Shown in pieces: positions 13,760 to 26,810 of a stretch of DNA of 64,000 nucleotides (its first letter is position 1; every line of letters begins with the position of its first letter). The DNA is from Lytechinus pictus (lineage: Eukaryota): assembly GCF_037042905.1 (NCBI RefSeq), contig NW_026974149.1, positions 1,054,001-1,118,000 of the forward strand. Direction: 5' to 3'. Position numbers and translations under genes: made by a program. The notes under the pieces are model-generated. The model saw only the letters and a program-made list of their open reading frames with translations, ran no database searches and was not told where the DNA came from.

Positions 13760-14792
13760 CCTACAAACTATAACAGTCCCGTTGAGTATCGTGATGTTGT
13801 TGAAACAAATTCAATTGCAAATTTTACACTACTAACATGCAGGGGCCGCGGAACCGAGGTGGCGTCATCATCAGCCCCCCTTTTTCCAAAGCCGTGTACA
13901 CTGATACGTAAAAATAACCATATGATTGTGATTTTTAGCCGATGATGGTCAGCCCGCCCACCCCCCCCCCCCCACAAGTTGTCTCAGCTAGCAACCCCCC
14001 ACTTTGAAAAACGTTCCGCGGCCCCTGGTACTTTGATTGTTGCAAAAATACTTGGGGGTTTAAACTTTTAACAATCATTTCGGTCTTATTATAAGCTACA
14101 AACCCATAAAACAAAACAAACATAATCATGAAAACAAAGTCATAATTATAAAAAAAAGTGCTGTTTGTTTTAAATAAATTTACAGTTGCGATACTAGAAA
14201 TGACCGTTACCGTTTGTAATTTTGAAGAATGATACTCGGGAGCAAACCAAGGAACCCACAGACCTACAAACTATAACGGAGTCCCGTTGAGTATCGTGAT
14301 GATGTTGAAACAGATTCAATTGCAAATTTTACACTACGTTCTAACATGCAGGGGCAGCAGAACCGAGGTGGCTCATCATCAGCCCCCCCCCCCTTCCAAA
14401 CCGTGTACAAATACGTAAAAATGACCATATGATTGTGATTTTTAGCCGATGATGGTCAGCCCCCCCCCCCCCCCCCCCCCCACTTTGAAAAACGTTCCGC
14501 GGCCCCTGGTACTTTGATTGTTGCAAAAATACTTGGGGGATTTAAAATTTAAACAATCATTTTGTCTTATTATAAGCTACAGACCCATAAAACAAAAAAA
14601 ACATAATCATGATGGTTAATATAACCTACAAACCCATAAAACATGCAAACATAATCATGAAAACAAAGTCATAATTATAAACAAGTGCTGTTTGTTTTAC
14701 ATAAATTTACAGTTGCGATACTAAAAAATGACCGTTACCATTTGTAACAATTTTGGAGAATAATACTCGAGAGCAAACCAAGGAACTCACAC
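13760..14792. repeat. Tandem duplication of ~500 bp, each unit with a CAGGGGCCGCGGAAC-type MITE
   Basis: Units start CCTACAAACTATAAC at about 13760 and 14263 and both end GAGCAAACCAAGGAAC. Confidence 0.88.
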
Positions 14793-15872
14793 ACCGCACC
14801 GCACCAACCCCTCTGCCCCCCCCCCCCCCTTCATCAGTTTGAGTAATAGGTCCATGGTATTGGCAAACACAGAGAGTAGAGAGCAATTACGATAGGCCTA
14901 CATGGAGCAGGGATATGCGTATCCCTGGTTCGAACATGCAGGCATGCTACGCAATAAATCCAAGTGGTGTTGGGATTTCTATAAATAGTCACACAGACGC
15001 ACTAAACTGGCCTTTGACCTCTTACGACCGCATGAGACCGTATCATAATCACAATCAGCGCTCACAATCAGTGCGATGACACAGCGGCAGTGGGAACGTG
15101 GGGATTCTTTGTAAACACAGACACGCTGATCGGCCAAACTGCAATGGCACTTCGCAAACGCCGATGTGTATATGGGAACGTACTTCCTAGAAGCAAAACA
15201 CTTGTTCCTCGTCGCTCGTTGCCCCGCCTCCACACATCAGAGCACCAATCAACGATCATCTATGAGCATTGCACACTCTCATCGGAAGAGGGCGCTACTA
15301 ATTAATACATGGCACAATTTTGAAATGCAACGAACTTTCTGTCACAACGGACTCCTGCAACTGAAAGAGGGTCACTTATATTTCATATTTCTATAAATAC
15401 ATCCAAAAATTTTTGTGATGTGAGATTTTCATGACGGCATTTTAATATTGTAACTGTTATACCCATACTATTTTCAGGTATCAACATTGAATTTTTTTAA
15501 AACAGGGAGCGATGTTTTGTTTTGCCTTTAAACTGTCATTTTTTAAAAATCGAAATATCAAAATTTTCAGCTTGCGCTTCGCGCTCGCATCTATTGTTCA
15601 TTTAGATACATGTCTTTATCATCGGTACCATAAATGCTTAAAATATTAAGCTTTCTGTTCAGAATATATCGCTCTCAGCACTTGCATTATCTGTGTAGTG
15701 AGATATGTATTCTCATCATGAGTTACTACAATCAGTCCTAAACAATTACCTTTTTCCTGTTTTCAGGACAGTATACTAACAAAATTCAGCTCGCGCTTCG
15801 CGCTCGCATTAATTTGTTGGTGAGATATGTGTCTCTGTCTTATGAGTCATATATATATATATATAATGCAAG

Positions 15873-15996
15873 GTGAATAAAACAACCGTTGAGAGAAAAG
15901 TTGATCAAATTTTCGCCCATAGGGCTTCATTTTTCCTAATGAAGCCCTATGGGCGAAAATTTGATCAACACTTCTCTCAATGGTTGTTTTATTCAC
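15873..15996. repeat. Near-perfect 124-bp hairpin between (TA)n tracts, probable MITE
   Basis: GTGAATAAAACAACC...CCCATAGGGCTTCATT pairs with AATGAAGCCCTATGGG...GGTTGTTTTATTCAC. Confidence 0.85.
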
Positions 15997-16050
15997 TCTG
16001 TATTTTGCTATATACTATACCACAACCGACGCAGGACCTTCATTTTTATT

Positions 16051-16125
<75 letters not shown>

Positions 16126-16202
16126 ATATATGTATATAGGCCTATGTGTGTGCGTGTGTGTGGGTTTGTTTGTTTTGTGTGATCGAGCGCCTTTGGAACG
16201 TT

Positions 16203-16895
16203 AGTAGTATATATAGGTACCCCTCGGGTCCTCGGAGGAGCAGGACTGCTCCTCGATGACGTCATAATCCGATTATAAAAATTATTCCGATTATAAATAA
16301 TAGAAATATGAATCATGAAATATTCTATATTGTTCTAAACAATAGAATATGAAATATTAATAAATAAATTAATCAATAATTAGGAAATATGAATCGATAA
16401 TTATGAAATATGAAAATATGGATTAATAAATTATGAATTATGTATCCATGAATTATGAAATATGGATTATAAAAAGACGGTATGACATAGTGACGAAACC
16501 TGAAAAAAAACAAATGACGTCATAGGGTTTGCACAACATCCATATCCATACTAAAAAACAAGAAGAAAGTAAAGAAACGATAGACATGTCTCGGACATGT
16601 CCATCGCATAGAGGCGATGCGTGCCTGACCATACGAGCGTGACGATAGGCCTATTGCACAACTTTTGAAAATATTGCATGGACTTTTTTTGTACGTTCGT
16701 ATAGCATTATCTACGAGTACAGTCGATAATAGTATCGGGTATTCCCTCAAGCATGACGTCAATGCACACTCGATCGTTCGTGCGTAACGATATTGCATAA
16801 GTTTGAATATTACATGGTAGGGTAAAGTGTGACATTGAATTTTCTAAACAGATAACATTGTTGATTTTTAGCATTAAATCTTAACTTTTTATACT
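16203..16895 (+). repeat. Left TIR of the Polinton-like element
   Basis: Reverse complement of 29708-30533. Confidence 0.93.
16582..16602. promoter_or_regulatory. Consensus p53-family response element in the TIR (mirror copy at 29999-30019)
   Basis: AGACATGTCT-C-GGACATGTCC is two perfect RRRCWWGYYY half-sites with a 1-bp spacer. Function untested. Confidence 0.6.
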
Positions 16896-17439
16896 CTCAT
16901 TGAAGTAGGGGGACGTGGGTATATTTTCCCCGCTCATTAAGCCAATGCATGCTTGATCATTCGAGCATAACACGGTACTTACATGCCAAATATTCAAATT
17001 CGACGTTGCACCACCACAATGTGCGTTGCGTAATCTGATAATCTTTAGTGAATCCTCTGAATCCTAATTAGTACAATTACGTTCCCATATAATTACGAAT
17101 CATCATTATTGTCACCAATTCCCATATCAGGTCTATACGCTACCCGTAGGTTATATTGTATAGTTGGTTGTTACACAGTGTTAAGTGAGCAGTGATGTGA
17201 GTGGTGGAGGTGTATGATTTCCTGTAGAACAAGCTAAATCATCCAAGCATGCACATCTTCATTTTCAATATATGGTACGGGCTTTGTACTACATCATGTG
17301 CTTGTTTATGTGTGAGGGTGTGTGTGTGTGTGTGTGTTTTTTAAGGAATCAAATACAATAACCTCAAAAGCAGAAGTCTTTCTGTTTCTTGTAATTGTCG
17401 TTTCATGAATTGAAAAAAGAGTTTTTGGTGCAACTTGAA

Positions 17440-19297
17440 TTAGTGAACGGCTGAACTAGTCGATTATCTTTGGTTTCATCATAACATTGTTTTAAAAGAA
17501 AATATATATTTTTCGTCATATTGTAGTATACCTTGCAGTACTTTTCATAATTTCTATTGTTTTAATCCGGGGTTTTAAATATGGCAAAGCGAAATCACGA
17601 TGGCCCGAATATTGATCGTGTATATCGAAGTATCCCCAACAACCATGAAAATATACAGCGTTAAGTTTTAGTATGATCCTAATGAATGCAAATACCCGTA
17701 GAGGATAAGAGTATTCCATCCCTTGGACCCAAAATCACATCGAATATCGAATTTAAGGGCACGCAACAAGATAATGTTCCGATCGATAGTTCGAAAAAAC
17801 GAAGATGCGCAACAGTTAGGCACACCGAATTACCACTTACTTATGGTGTATGTATTTGTTGAATAATTATGTAATGTGGCCGATTTACACATTTATCGCC
17901 ATTTAAGTAGAACTTTCACCGTTTGGTAAAAATGACATACACCTCGAACATTTTATCGATATAATAATGGGACTATGCTTTGATCAGAACTTCAGGTGTC
18001 TTATTTTTCACTCCGACCTCTTCTGCATAAAATTATGCGACAATCTTCTTGCTGTAAACTAGAATAGTATAGTAATAACATCCAGTACCATCATAAACCC
18101 GCGTACAAGTTTGCATAACAGCGGTACACCACCGTGAGTTTTCATGTTTCCAACTCTTTATATTTTTGTAAGAAAGATAATTCTCGTACAAACCTGTCGT
18201 AAGGAAAAAGCTATTGGATGACGTCACACTTCTCGGTTTGACAAGAAGACGATGTATATTGTATAATCGGAGTGCAGACATAATAGTCACGTGCGGGGAT
18301 CAATCGATCGAAAAGAAGTTGGGTGCATTATTCACAGAATGGCCAATATGTCATTCACTGGAGAGAAAAAAAATCCCCACCTTGGAAATGTCTAAATCCC
18401 CGAATAGTAAAACTTTTAAAATGAACATCATGAAGAAATGGTCATATCCATAAATCAACCCATTCCTAAACCTTGGTTAATCCACAAAAGCTTCATATCT
18501 TTGCACAAACCCAAGTAAGCCATTCGGCCATATGCCTTTCGAACGTCATCAAGTGATTTCGTGAGCCAGTTACCCATGAAAAGAAAAATGGGGGAACTCA
18601 TCTCAATACCGTAATGATTAGAGTAGATAGAAGTCCAGATTTGCTTTATTTATATACATGTATATTGATGTTTTATGGCGTCAAAAGCAGATTCAATAAC
18701 TTGTTATCTTCCCTAGTCTAATATTCTGCAATTTTTGTTTTACCGTTATTGCTATTAGTCGTTGGTTTTTCTTTACTTTCAAGCAATGAAATATATATAT
18801 ATATATTGAATGATATGAACTTTATTTTTTACATTTCTATTTTAACCTATATAATTATAACTCTTGCATGGGTTGAAATCATCACATCATCGTAATTGTA
18901 CTTTCTTTTTCGCGAAAATACAATGACAAGAGGGTAACTTTGATGTTAATATGCCAATGATTTGCCTAAGTGTGCTCTTTACTCCATCGGTCTGATCATC
19001 TTTTGATCAATGCCCAGAGACAGAATCGACTAGTTGAATATCTTGAAAGGCGGTCAGTATAAGCAATTCAGTATTGATTTTAGTCGCTCTTGCATAGAGA
19101 TATCAGCAAATACACAAGTACAGAAGAAGTCCTGAATAGCTTCACTGATTCTATTGTATACTCCTCAAAGAGGGGTATGACATCATCTCCCTTGTATTGC
19201 ATCTGACACGTCTGAGGGTACTTTCCAGACTTACAAACTTTCAAGTTCTGTCAAGATGCGGTCCCTTTTAGAGGTGTAGGGTAGCGATATTTTCCAT
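17440..19297 (-). pseudogene. Decayed ORF of unknown function, left copy of an inverted paralogous pair
   Basis: Peptides shared with the right copy: DRILTELESL / DRILSELESL and EYSYPLRVFAF...FHGCWGYFDI / EYSYPLRIFAF...FHSCCGYFDI. Confidence 0.55.
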
Positions 19298-21820
19298 AAT
19301 ATACTATATATCACTTATATTTTCATACCCTATTCCATTTAAAGTTGATGTACAGTATTCAACTCTCACCCGTTCTATGTTTTTCAAAATAACCTTTTTA
19401 AATCTTTAACATTTTATTCTTAATGTTTACATGCACTATGAATTTGCTGCGTCATTTACATGTATATATTCACTTTAATGCTACATTTAGCTATAGGTTT
19501 TATGTGTAATATTAATTTAGAATTGTTAAGTTGTGTAAATGTTTATGTATATCCAAAACTTTTGAACACACAGTACCAAATCTTTGATTTCTTTACATTT
19601 ATTTGAGTTTCATAGATATCCTGTATGTTATTAATAATTCAACGATGATGCCAATATAAAGCAGTTGATTTATTATTTTTTTCATTTTTTCTAAAGTATT
19701 GAATTCTTTTATTATTATCTTTGCTGTTTTTTCAATAAAGACACATGTTTGCAGTGATGTAATAAAAAAGATTCCACATCTCCCTGCATTATACTGTAAT
19801 ATCACTCGTTCATTCCATTATCCTTTTTATACGCCCCTTTGTCCCCCCCCCCCTCTCTCTCTCTCTCTCTTTGTCCTCTTTCAGACTCGCGTGAATCAAT
19901 TTTAATGTTTACATCTGACATCATCCTTTATCTATACATTCTATCATTACCACCTCTTTACAATTTTGCTTCCTTGCACATAACGGCCTCAATTAAACGA
20001 TTTACACAGAATATTTTTTGTACTACACTAAAAAACGTATAATAGTGTGCATCATGCTTCTTAACAAGCTAATCTTCTTACAATTTTATTACATTTCTTT
20101 ACTTAACTCAATATCAATAATAATTATTCTTTTTGAAAAACTCCATCTATCCATTTTAACTAGTCAACAAATTAAAACTCAATCTCCAACTCTCCTTCGA
20201 TCATTCTTATATACTAATATTCTAATATACTCTATCTCCTCTTCTTGCATGTCCATCTCCCAATTTTCACTCCCCTTTCACCATTATCAGCATACTACTC
20301 ACTTGATTTGCTTAATTTTCCATCAGTACTTTACTCATCATCGTTTTCATTCTTTTTTTCTTTCAATTCTCATATCATCAATCTATAAACTGACAAAAAT
20401 GAATAAGCCAGACACGTCATATGGGGTATGTAAATTTATTATATTTTTATCACACCATAATTACATGAACAAAACAATATATACATATTGATAGATGGAA
20501 CACAAATAATATGTAATTTAGATATAGTTATATTGAACTGCAGGTTATGATCTTGCACAATTACACTTTGCTGTATCTTTTTTTAATACAAATAATGTAT
20601 CATAATGATTAAAATAAATGTATGTACACTGAAATGAAAAAAAAATAATAAAAAATTGTCATTCATACCTTCTTAAAGTATATTTCATGACTTTATCATG
20701 TTTGCAATTTTAAACAGTACCAAACAGGATAACAAAATCAAATTACACGTTGGTTGTTTTTACAATATTACGGACAAAGTCAAAGCCTAACTTAATTTCT
20801 TCTTTTTTTTTTTACTTTAGAGACGAGAAGTACAAACGATAATACATTTTCAATTAAAACAATCGCAATTCGAATCATATAAAAGAGGATTGTATAATGA
20901 CTATCACTCTACTACATTTCATACAGTATTTTAAAAGTGTAAAACTAATAGGTAAATATTTACAAAACTTCATACTGTGAAAATAAATATGTGTTGTTTC
21001 TTATGTTGCATATACAAGAATAGCATGTAACTATATCAATGATGAATTCACCGTTATGATTTTTCACTAAACATGTTCTTGGTAACATCCCCAAATATTC
21101 AATACATCTTTTAAACAAACTTTACTGAATGCAATTAACTATCAGATGATGTTTCGTTTACATCCATAAATCTGTGAAATACCAACGTATACATGGTACA
21201 TGTACATTTTAAGGTACATATGATTATCTGAATCAAAATACAAGTCAACTCGGATTGTAATACAAAAATATAACATTATGCTATATTCAACAACAACAAA
21301 GTGCATCGTCAGGTTTGATACAATAATGAAATATTCTTAAGACCATTCTCTTATTTCAAATGGATGAAAGCAAATTGTTGCAAAGGGGTTTATTATATTT
21401 TGTGAAAGTAAATTGTATTCTAATAATTGTGAACTCAATATACATTATTGAAAACAGATTGTGAAAGCAAAGTGTGCAACATTTCGTAAAAGTTACTTTT
21501 ACTTCAGCAATTGTGAATTCATATTGTTGAAAAGAATTGTTAAAAAACAATTGCTCCAATTAAAGAGTATGTAAATGTACCACAAAAATCAATAAAATTT
21601 TGATTTGAACACCATTACCTTTTATACATAATTCCTAATCCACAGGATTACTCTCAACTAACATGGTATACAAATAGTTTACCGAAGGAAAAATTTTTTG
21701 CAGGTTATTTTCCAAAATGTATGAATTTGACACAGATATATCACAGCTAACTTTTAAATTCAATGCATTGAAGAGAGAATGTTCTGATAGAAAGTTTGGA
21801 TGGAATAAAAGTTGCAAATG

Positions 21821-24800
21821 TCAGATATCTAAGTAGGTAGTGGATACATTATCATCCAATACTTTTCTTTTTGGATAGAAATAGGTGAATGCATTCTTTA
21901 TTTGAGAGTAGGTGGAGATTCCATTTTGGACAACGCGAAAACCTTTGTTTACACCACTCCCAGCAACTAGTGAACGAAGAACGTTCAAGTACACATCTTT
22001 TGTTATGTTATTTTGCTTGTTATTAACACCCTTGCAGCTGAATTTGTCAGTAGCACCAAAGCAGTAATAAGTTTTACTGCAGAGGGCTATGATTCCATCG
22101 CCTTCCCACTCTACTTTGAACAACCCATGAGTTCTCTTATCATATCGAGCATTCTCCAGGGTATCATTTCGAGGGAACCAGTTGGCTTTGTCTTTTTCGT
22201 ATCTTTCCCTCATACATGGTTTGATTATGTCATCGAAAGAATCGGATGAAATGGCGATGTAAGCGGAATCTGTGTCCATTTCACACATTTGAAAATCGGA
22301 TGGCTCAACATATTTTAGCAGAAAGTCATAATAGAACTGTAGCATGCGCAGTTTGGCCAACTGGTATACAGCATGACTAATCTGAACTGGCAGGTCCATA
22401 TTGATCTTTCGTTTAGCCATATAAACTTCATAGCAATTGTCAGAGATTGGGTTTAGATCCCTGAAAAGGGTATTGTTGACATGTTTCTGGGCTTTAGCCT
22501 CATCACAGACATTAACATTTCGATGTTTTTCCTTATTAGTAATCGTCTTGCCGTAAGACGAATTGCCTATCAGCTTTATGGTGTCAGCGATAATGCTCTT
22601 CGAGGGATCAACATCATCTTTGCGTCGAGCTTTTGAAACGCTTTAACCAAAGTGCTTGAAGCAGGCAACTGGTTTGTACTCAATGAATTGGTGGATCTTG
22701 CTGACCACCAATCCATGGTTTAGGTACCATCTTAGAAGTGGTGTGTAGAGCAGAATGTTCTTACCAAACATACTACCGATCAGACTACGCCTTGGAGTTT
22801 TCATGATACCCATGTTCCTTGGCATAGAATCCCATCACATCTCCGATATCTTCTCTAGATATATCCACATTTTTGAAAATAGGACACATTTCAGAGAAGT
22901 ATTACCTGAGATGATCAGGGACCTTAATATCACACTGTACAAGCCCAAACAGGGCACCATGATGAATAGCAGAGAGAATGTTGTCTTGGGTTAATCCTTG
23001 ACGGTATTTAGGAGGGGAAAGTCTTTGTAAGAAATGCACTGAGCTTGGGATCAGTTTTACGCATTTTTTTATATTGGCATTCCCAGATGGAGATGTATTC
23101 GTAGCACAACCCTTCTACATTTTCTTGTTTCTCTTGAGTCTTTTTGAGTAAGTCTGCCATAGACTTCCCAAGCTTCGTATTTTTGGTCTGGTCTTTATTC
23201 AGATGGCATGAATGTCCATGGAAGTAACATCCATGGAATTCAAACACCTGTTTAGTTTGAGCACAAAAAACATCGACAGGGAGCTGAAGGGGACCAACTC
23301 TCTTTTTTTAATGATTACCTGCATGTCGGATAGGGATCTGTCGAGAGAAAATTTGATATTGAAGCCATTCTTGAGCGATTGGATGCTTATTTTCAGGCTT
23401 GAAATCATTCTCTGCCCTTCGTCTGACAAAGTGCCCTGTTGGCATCTTTTGCATTATTGCATGCAGGTACAAGGCATTTTTATCGAAACCTATGATCTTT
23501 TCACATGGCTTGCCCCCACGAATCGTTGTTACACCACGTTCATGATACCTATGAAATATAATGGATGGACCTCCTACCAGATTATCGCGGAAAGTATAAT
23601 AAAGATCCTTGTCTTTCTCATAGATTACGCTGAAATGCGCATCTGGACTACACTTCATGAGGTATTTTATGGTGAGTCCAGGTACAGAAATACCATCTTT
23701 GAACATATCGATTTTAAGATTCTTGTAAAAATCGCGCATTTTCTCTACCGCCTCAATGAACGGCGTAACATCGAGGTTATTGTACCATATTAGATAATCT
23801 CTTAGACTTCTCATGTTATTCTCTTTCCAGATTCGCTGACAGTATTCATATTGGTCTTGTGATAAAGCAGTATGATTGAGATTGTTGCTGAAAGTTTCAA
23901 TAAGGGGAAGTTCAGGTATTTTGAGTTTTTCCAGACAATCTACCCACCCGTGAGGAAAGAAACCTTTCATTCGTTCACAGTCATATGCTTTAAGAAAGGC
24001 TGCGTATGAAAAGCCAGGTGCAAGAAAATTAGAAATATCAAGAAACTGAAGGTGCTTTGATTTCAGAGCCATATGATTATGGTTCCGCTTGATGACGTAA
24101 TCAACAGAATCAAACTGTAGAAGTTAAGGATAGAGGTATTGTTTGATGGCATTGATATCATACCTCCCGGAATTGGACCCAACCACAGGGAGTTCTATGA
24201 TATGGTTCATGAAACGCTTCTTCAATCTCTGAAGATGTGTAGCTTTGTGAGGCGTTTCATTGTTTGCCTTCTGCCAACTCTCGTATTCTTGTATTGTTTC
24301 ATCTAATTTTTCTATCACATCCTGGTAAGAAGATTCTAGGAGAGAGCAAGAGTGCTTACTTATTTCCAGGAGGTACAATATCGAGTCATCAATTAATTTT
24401 TTGCAGTCTCCATCAGACACTTGGCAGTATGGTTCTGTGTACCCAGGAATATTTGAGTTGATACTCATGCTCATAGGGATGTGTCTTGAGGTAAACATTA
24501 GTTTTTCAGTTGGAGCATCGTTGGGATCTATATTATTGTCAATCTTCTCGAGATAGGATTCTATGTCAAATGTGGCAAAGTATGGAAAGTAGCGCCGTTC
24601 TTCTTCGACAGAGATGCCTTCCTCAGCCAGCTCTTCCCATATGGTCAAAGGGTTATGGAATGTAGCCCTGCCCGTGGGGAAAATATGCTTGGTGGCTGTA
24701 GAAGTACATATTTTCTCGTGTCGATGAAGTGATTTACGGGTTTTCATAGTTTGTCACATGTACGACATTGATAGTTTTGACAATATCTGTCAATATCTGA

Positions 24801-25733
24801 GATGAAACTAAAATGGTTTTCATATAGATTGACATACATTGTTTCCGGAAACTTGTCCAGTCCTCGTCTCACGAGCTTAGCAGCAACTGTACTTTCACTA
24901 TTTACCAATTCACCTTCATTTTCAAGAGGAATATTATCACCGTTGGTACATTCGACTGGCTGTAATTCGTACACCATGATATTAATCTTGAAGAATTCTT
25001 CGACTTTTTCCAATTTGCTTAGATCTCTTCCTTCAAAATCTGAATTTTTTTTTGTGAGGCACATACTGTTTAAATAATCTTTTAGCTGTAGTTTCAAGAC
25101 CATGAGAATTAGCACCTTGTAATAAAGCTAAACATCTAAAAATGCATAAGTTATCATCATACATCTGACAATCCCTATGACTCTTAACCAGAGATACGAT
25201 AGCTTGATTATTTTGTATATAATTTGGGAGGTCAATTCCGTGGCCAATGGGATGATCAGCAATTCGAAATACATAAAAAGTGACATTTGTGACATGCTGA
25301 ACGACCAATTTAGAATTTGGGCGAAGGGTTTGAGCATATTCAAGGATATCTTCCTTGAGTAATGTATCCAAAAACCTTTGGAATGACGAATGGTCAGAAA
25401 TAAGAACAGGTTCATTCAGAATCTTTGTGTTTGTACTAGCGTAATAATACCTACATTCATTGGTTTCATTGTTGCAAAGAGTAAATCCATACGATGCATT
25501 AACTTTGAAAGCTGTAGATTGATCCTCAAACACCTTCTGAGCCTTCTGTCTAAGGATATCATTGTTTAGATCTGGAAGATGGTAGTTGTAAAATCGATGA
25601 ACCCTTCCAAATGACCGTCTGTCTCTGATATTCAGCCAATGTTCCCTGTATACTTGGGCGGCACAACTCTTAGGATCGATGTCAGAAGGAAGGTTTACCG
25701 TGGTTGGTGCTAGGTTAGGTTGTTGACGGCGTC
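21821..25733 (-). pseudogene. polB: Protein-primed family B DNA polymerase (pPolB), multiply frameshifted
   Basis: DNLCIFRCLA; ExoI FDIES, ExoII NSGRYD, KGFFP, ExoIII YNNLDV; motif A FDKNALY..MPTG; motif B KLIGNSSYGKT (about 22544-22576); motif C MDTDSAY; KTY; KGV. Confidence 0.95.
23008..23300 (-). other. Vsr-like (PD-(D/E)xK) endonuclease domain inserted in pPolB between motifs A and B
   Basis: FEFHGCYFHGHSC ... YEYISIWECQY pattern. Confidence 0.75.
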
Positions 25734-26368
25734 CTGAGTAAAGAGATAATATTGAGATGTAAGAGATAATAAACACCATAATTTGAGTAGAGTCAGAGCA
25801 AGTATTTTTGCTTGGAAAACTTTTTGGTTTAAAATATTTGCCCATCCATTCATTTCAAATAACTTGAAACTTTTACTAATCATGCGATAGATGTTTTCCA
25901 TTCAGTTTCAAAGTTACCTGGGTTGTCATAATTTATGAATATCTAAAGTATTGGTAAAGAGTCAGTAATCATCAAACATTACGAAATTTTAAAGTGCAGT
26001 CGTAATTAAATGCATGTTGTACCCATTCGAATATTGGTTTCTTTGTTATATCTCTTTGCAATCTAGTAGAGAAGAAAAAAAAGGTGTTTCATGTAAGATT
26101 GAACCTATAGAGGGGGTCAAAATATAGACATACATAAATTATGCATGAAGATCAATCAAGAGAAAGAGAGAAAAACAGTGAAAGCTTTTTTTTTTACAAT
26201 TTTATAATATTGTGGGATCTCAAGGAGAACGAAATGAAAAAAATTACGTTAATGCAATGATTATAAGAGAAATTATATTTCAAGCCAGTTCTTGAAAGTT
26301 TAGAAAAAAAAGTACCAAGCAAAATTGACCTATTGAAGAAAAAATAATAATAAGATAGAATAACTTAC

Positions 26369-26810
26369 TTTTTGCTTGGTTTGACTCTGGTCCATCGGCA
26401 ACTCGCTTCTTTGGTAACTTTGGAGGAACGGGATTATGGTGCGACATTTCATGTTTCATAAATTTCGCACGATTATGAAATATCTGCCCACAAGTATGAC
26501 AAAGATAGGTTTCCTTGCGATGCGATTTCATGTGTTCATCAAGGTCCTTTTGCTCCAAGAACAGTGATTTGCATTGTGAGCAAGTTGGTCGCTGGTTCTC
26601 CTAATCAGGTTCAGCACCATTGCTAAAATCCTGATGAGTTTTCATATGACGTTTCAAATTATCCGGTCGACTAAAAGCTTGTCCACATGTATCACAAACA
26701 TGTAAAGTCCTTTGCCCATGATGGAACATGCGATCATGACGCATCAAATTTCTTTTAACAGTAAATTCTGCGCTGCAAATATCACAGCTGAAGGGAGGGT
26801 TGTTCTCAAT
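26369..26810 (-). pseudogene. Four-C2H2 zinc-finger exon with one in-frame stop; probable 5' exon of the pPolB gene
   Basis: FSCDICSAEFTVKRNLMRHDRMFH, VCDTCGQAFSRPDNLKRHMKTH, TCSQCKSLFLEQKDLDEHMKSH, YLCHTCGQIFHNRAKFMKHEMSH; ends at an A|GTAAGT donor. Confidence 0.85.

Noticed and set aside
14908-14928. Near-palindrome CAGGGATATGCGTATCCCTG as a second micro-element
   Set aside because: No flanking target-site duplication.
16520-16798. ORF in the TIR mirrored at 29745-29972
   Set aside because: The similarity follows from the inverted repeat; the frames diverge at an indel and there are no recognisable motifs.
17440-19297. Tyrosine recombinase or integrase identity for the inverted gene pair
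   Set aside because: No R-H-R-Y or DDE pattern was recognisable in manual translations; left unassigned.
23212-23793. Plus-strand ORFs over pPolB (also 22013-22249 and 24802-25077) and over gag (47583-48047)
   Set aside because: Antisense shadows of real coding sequence.
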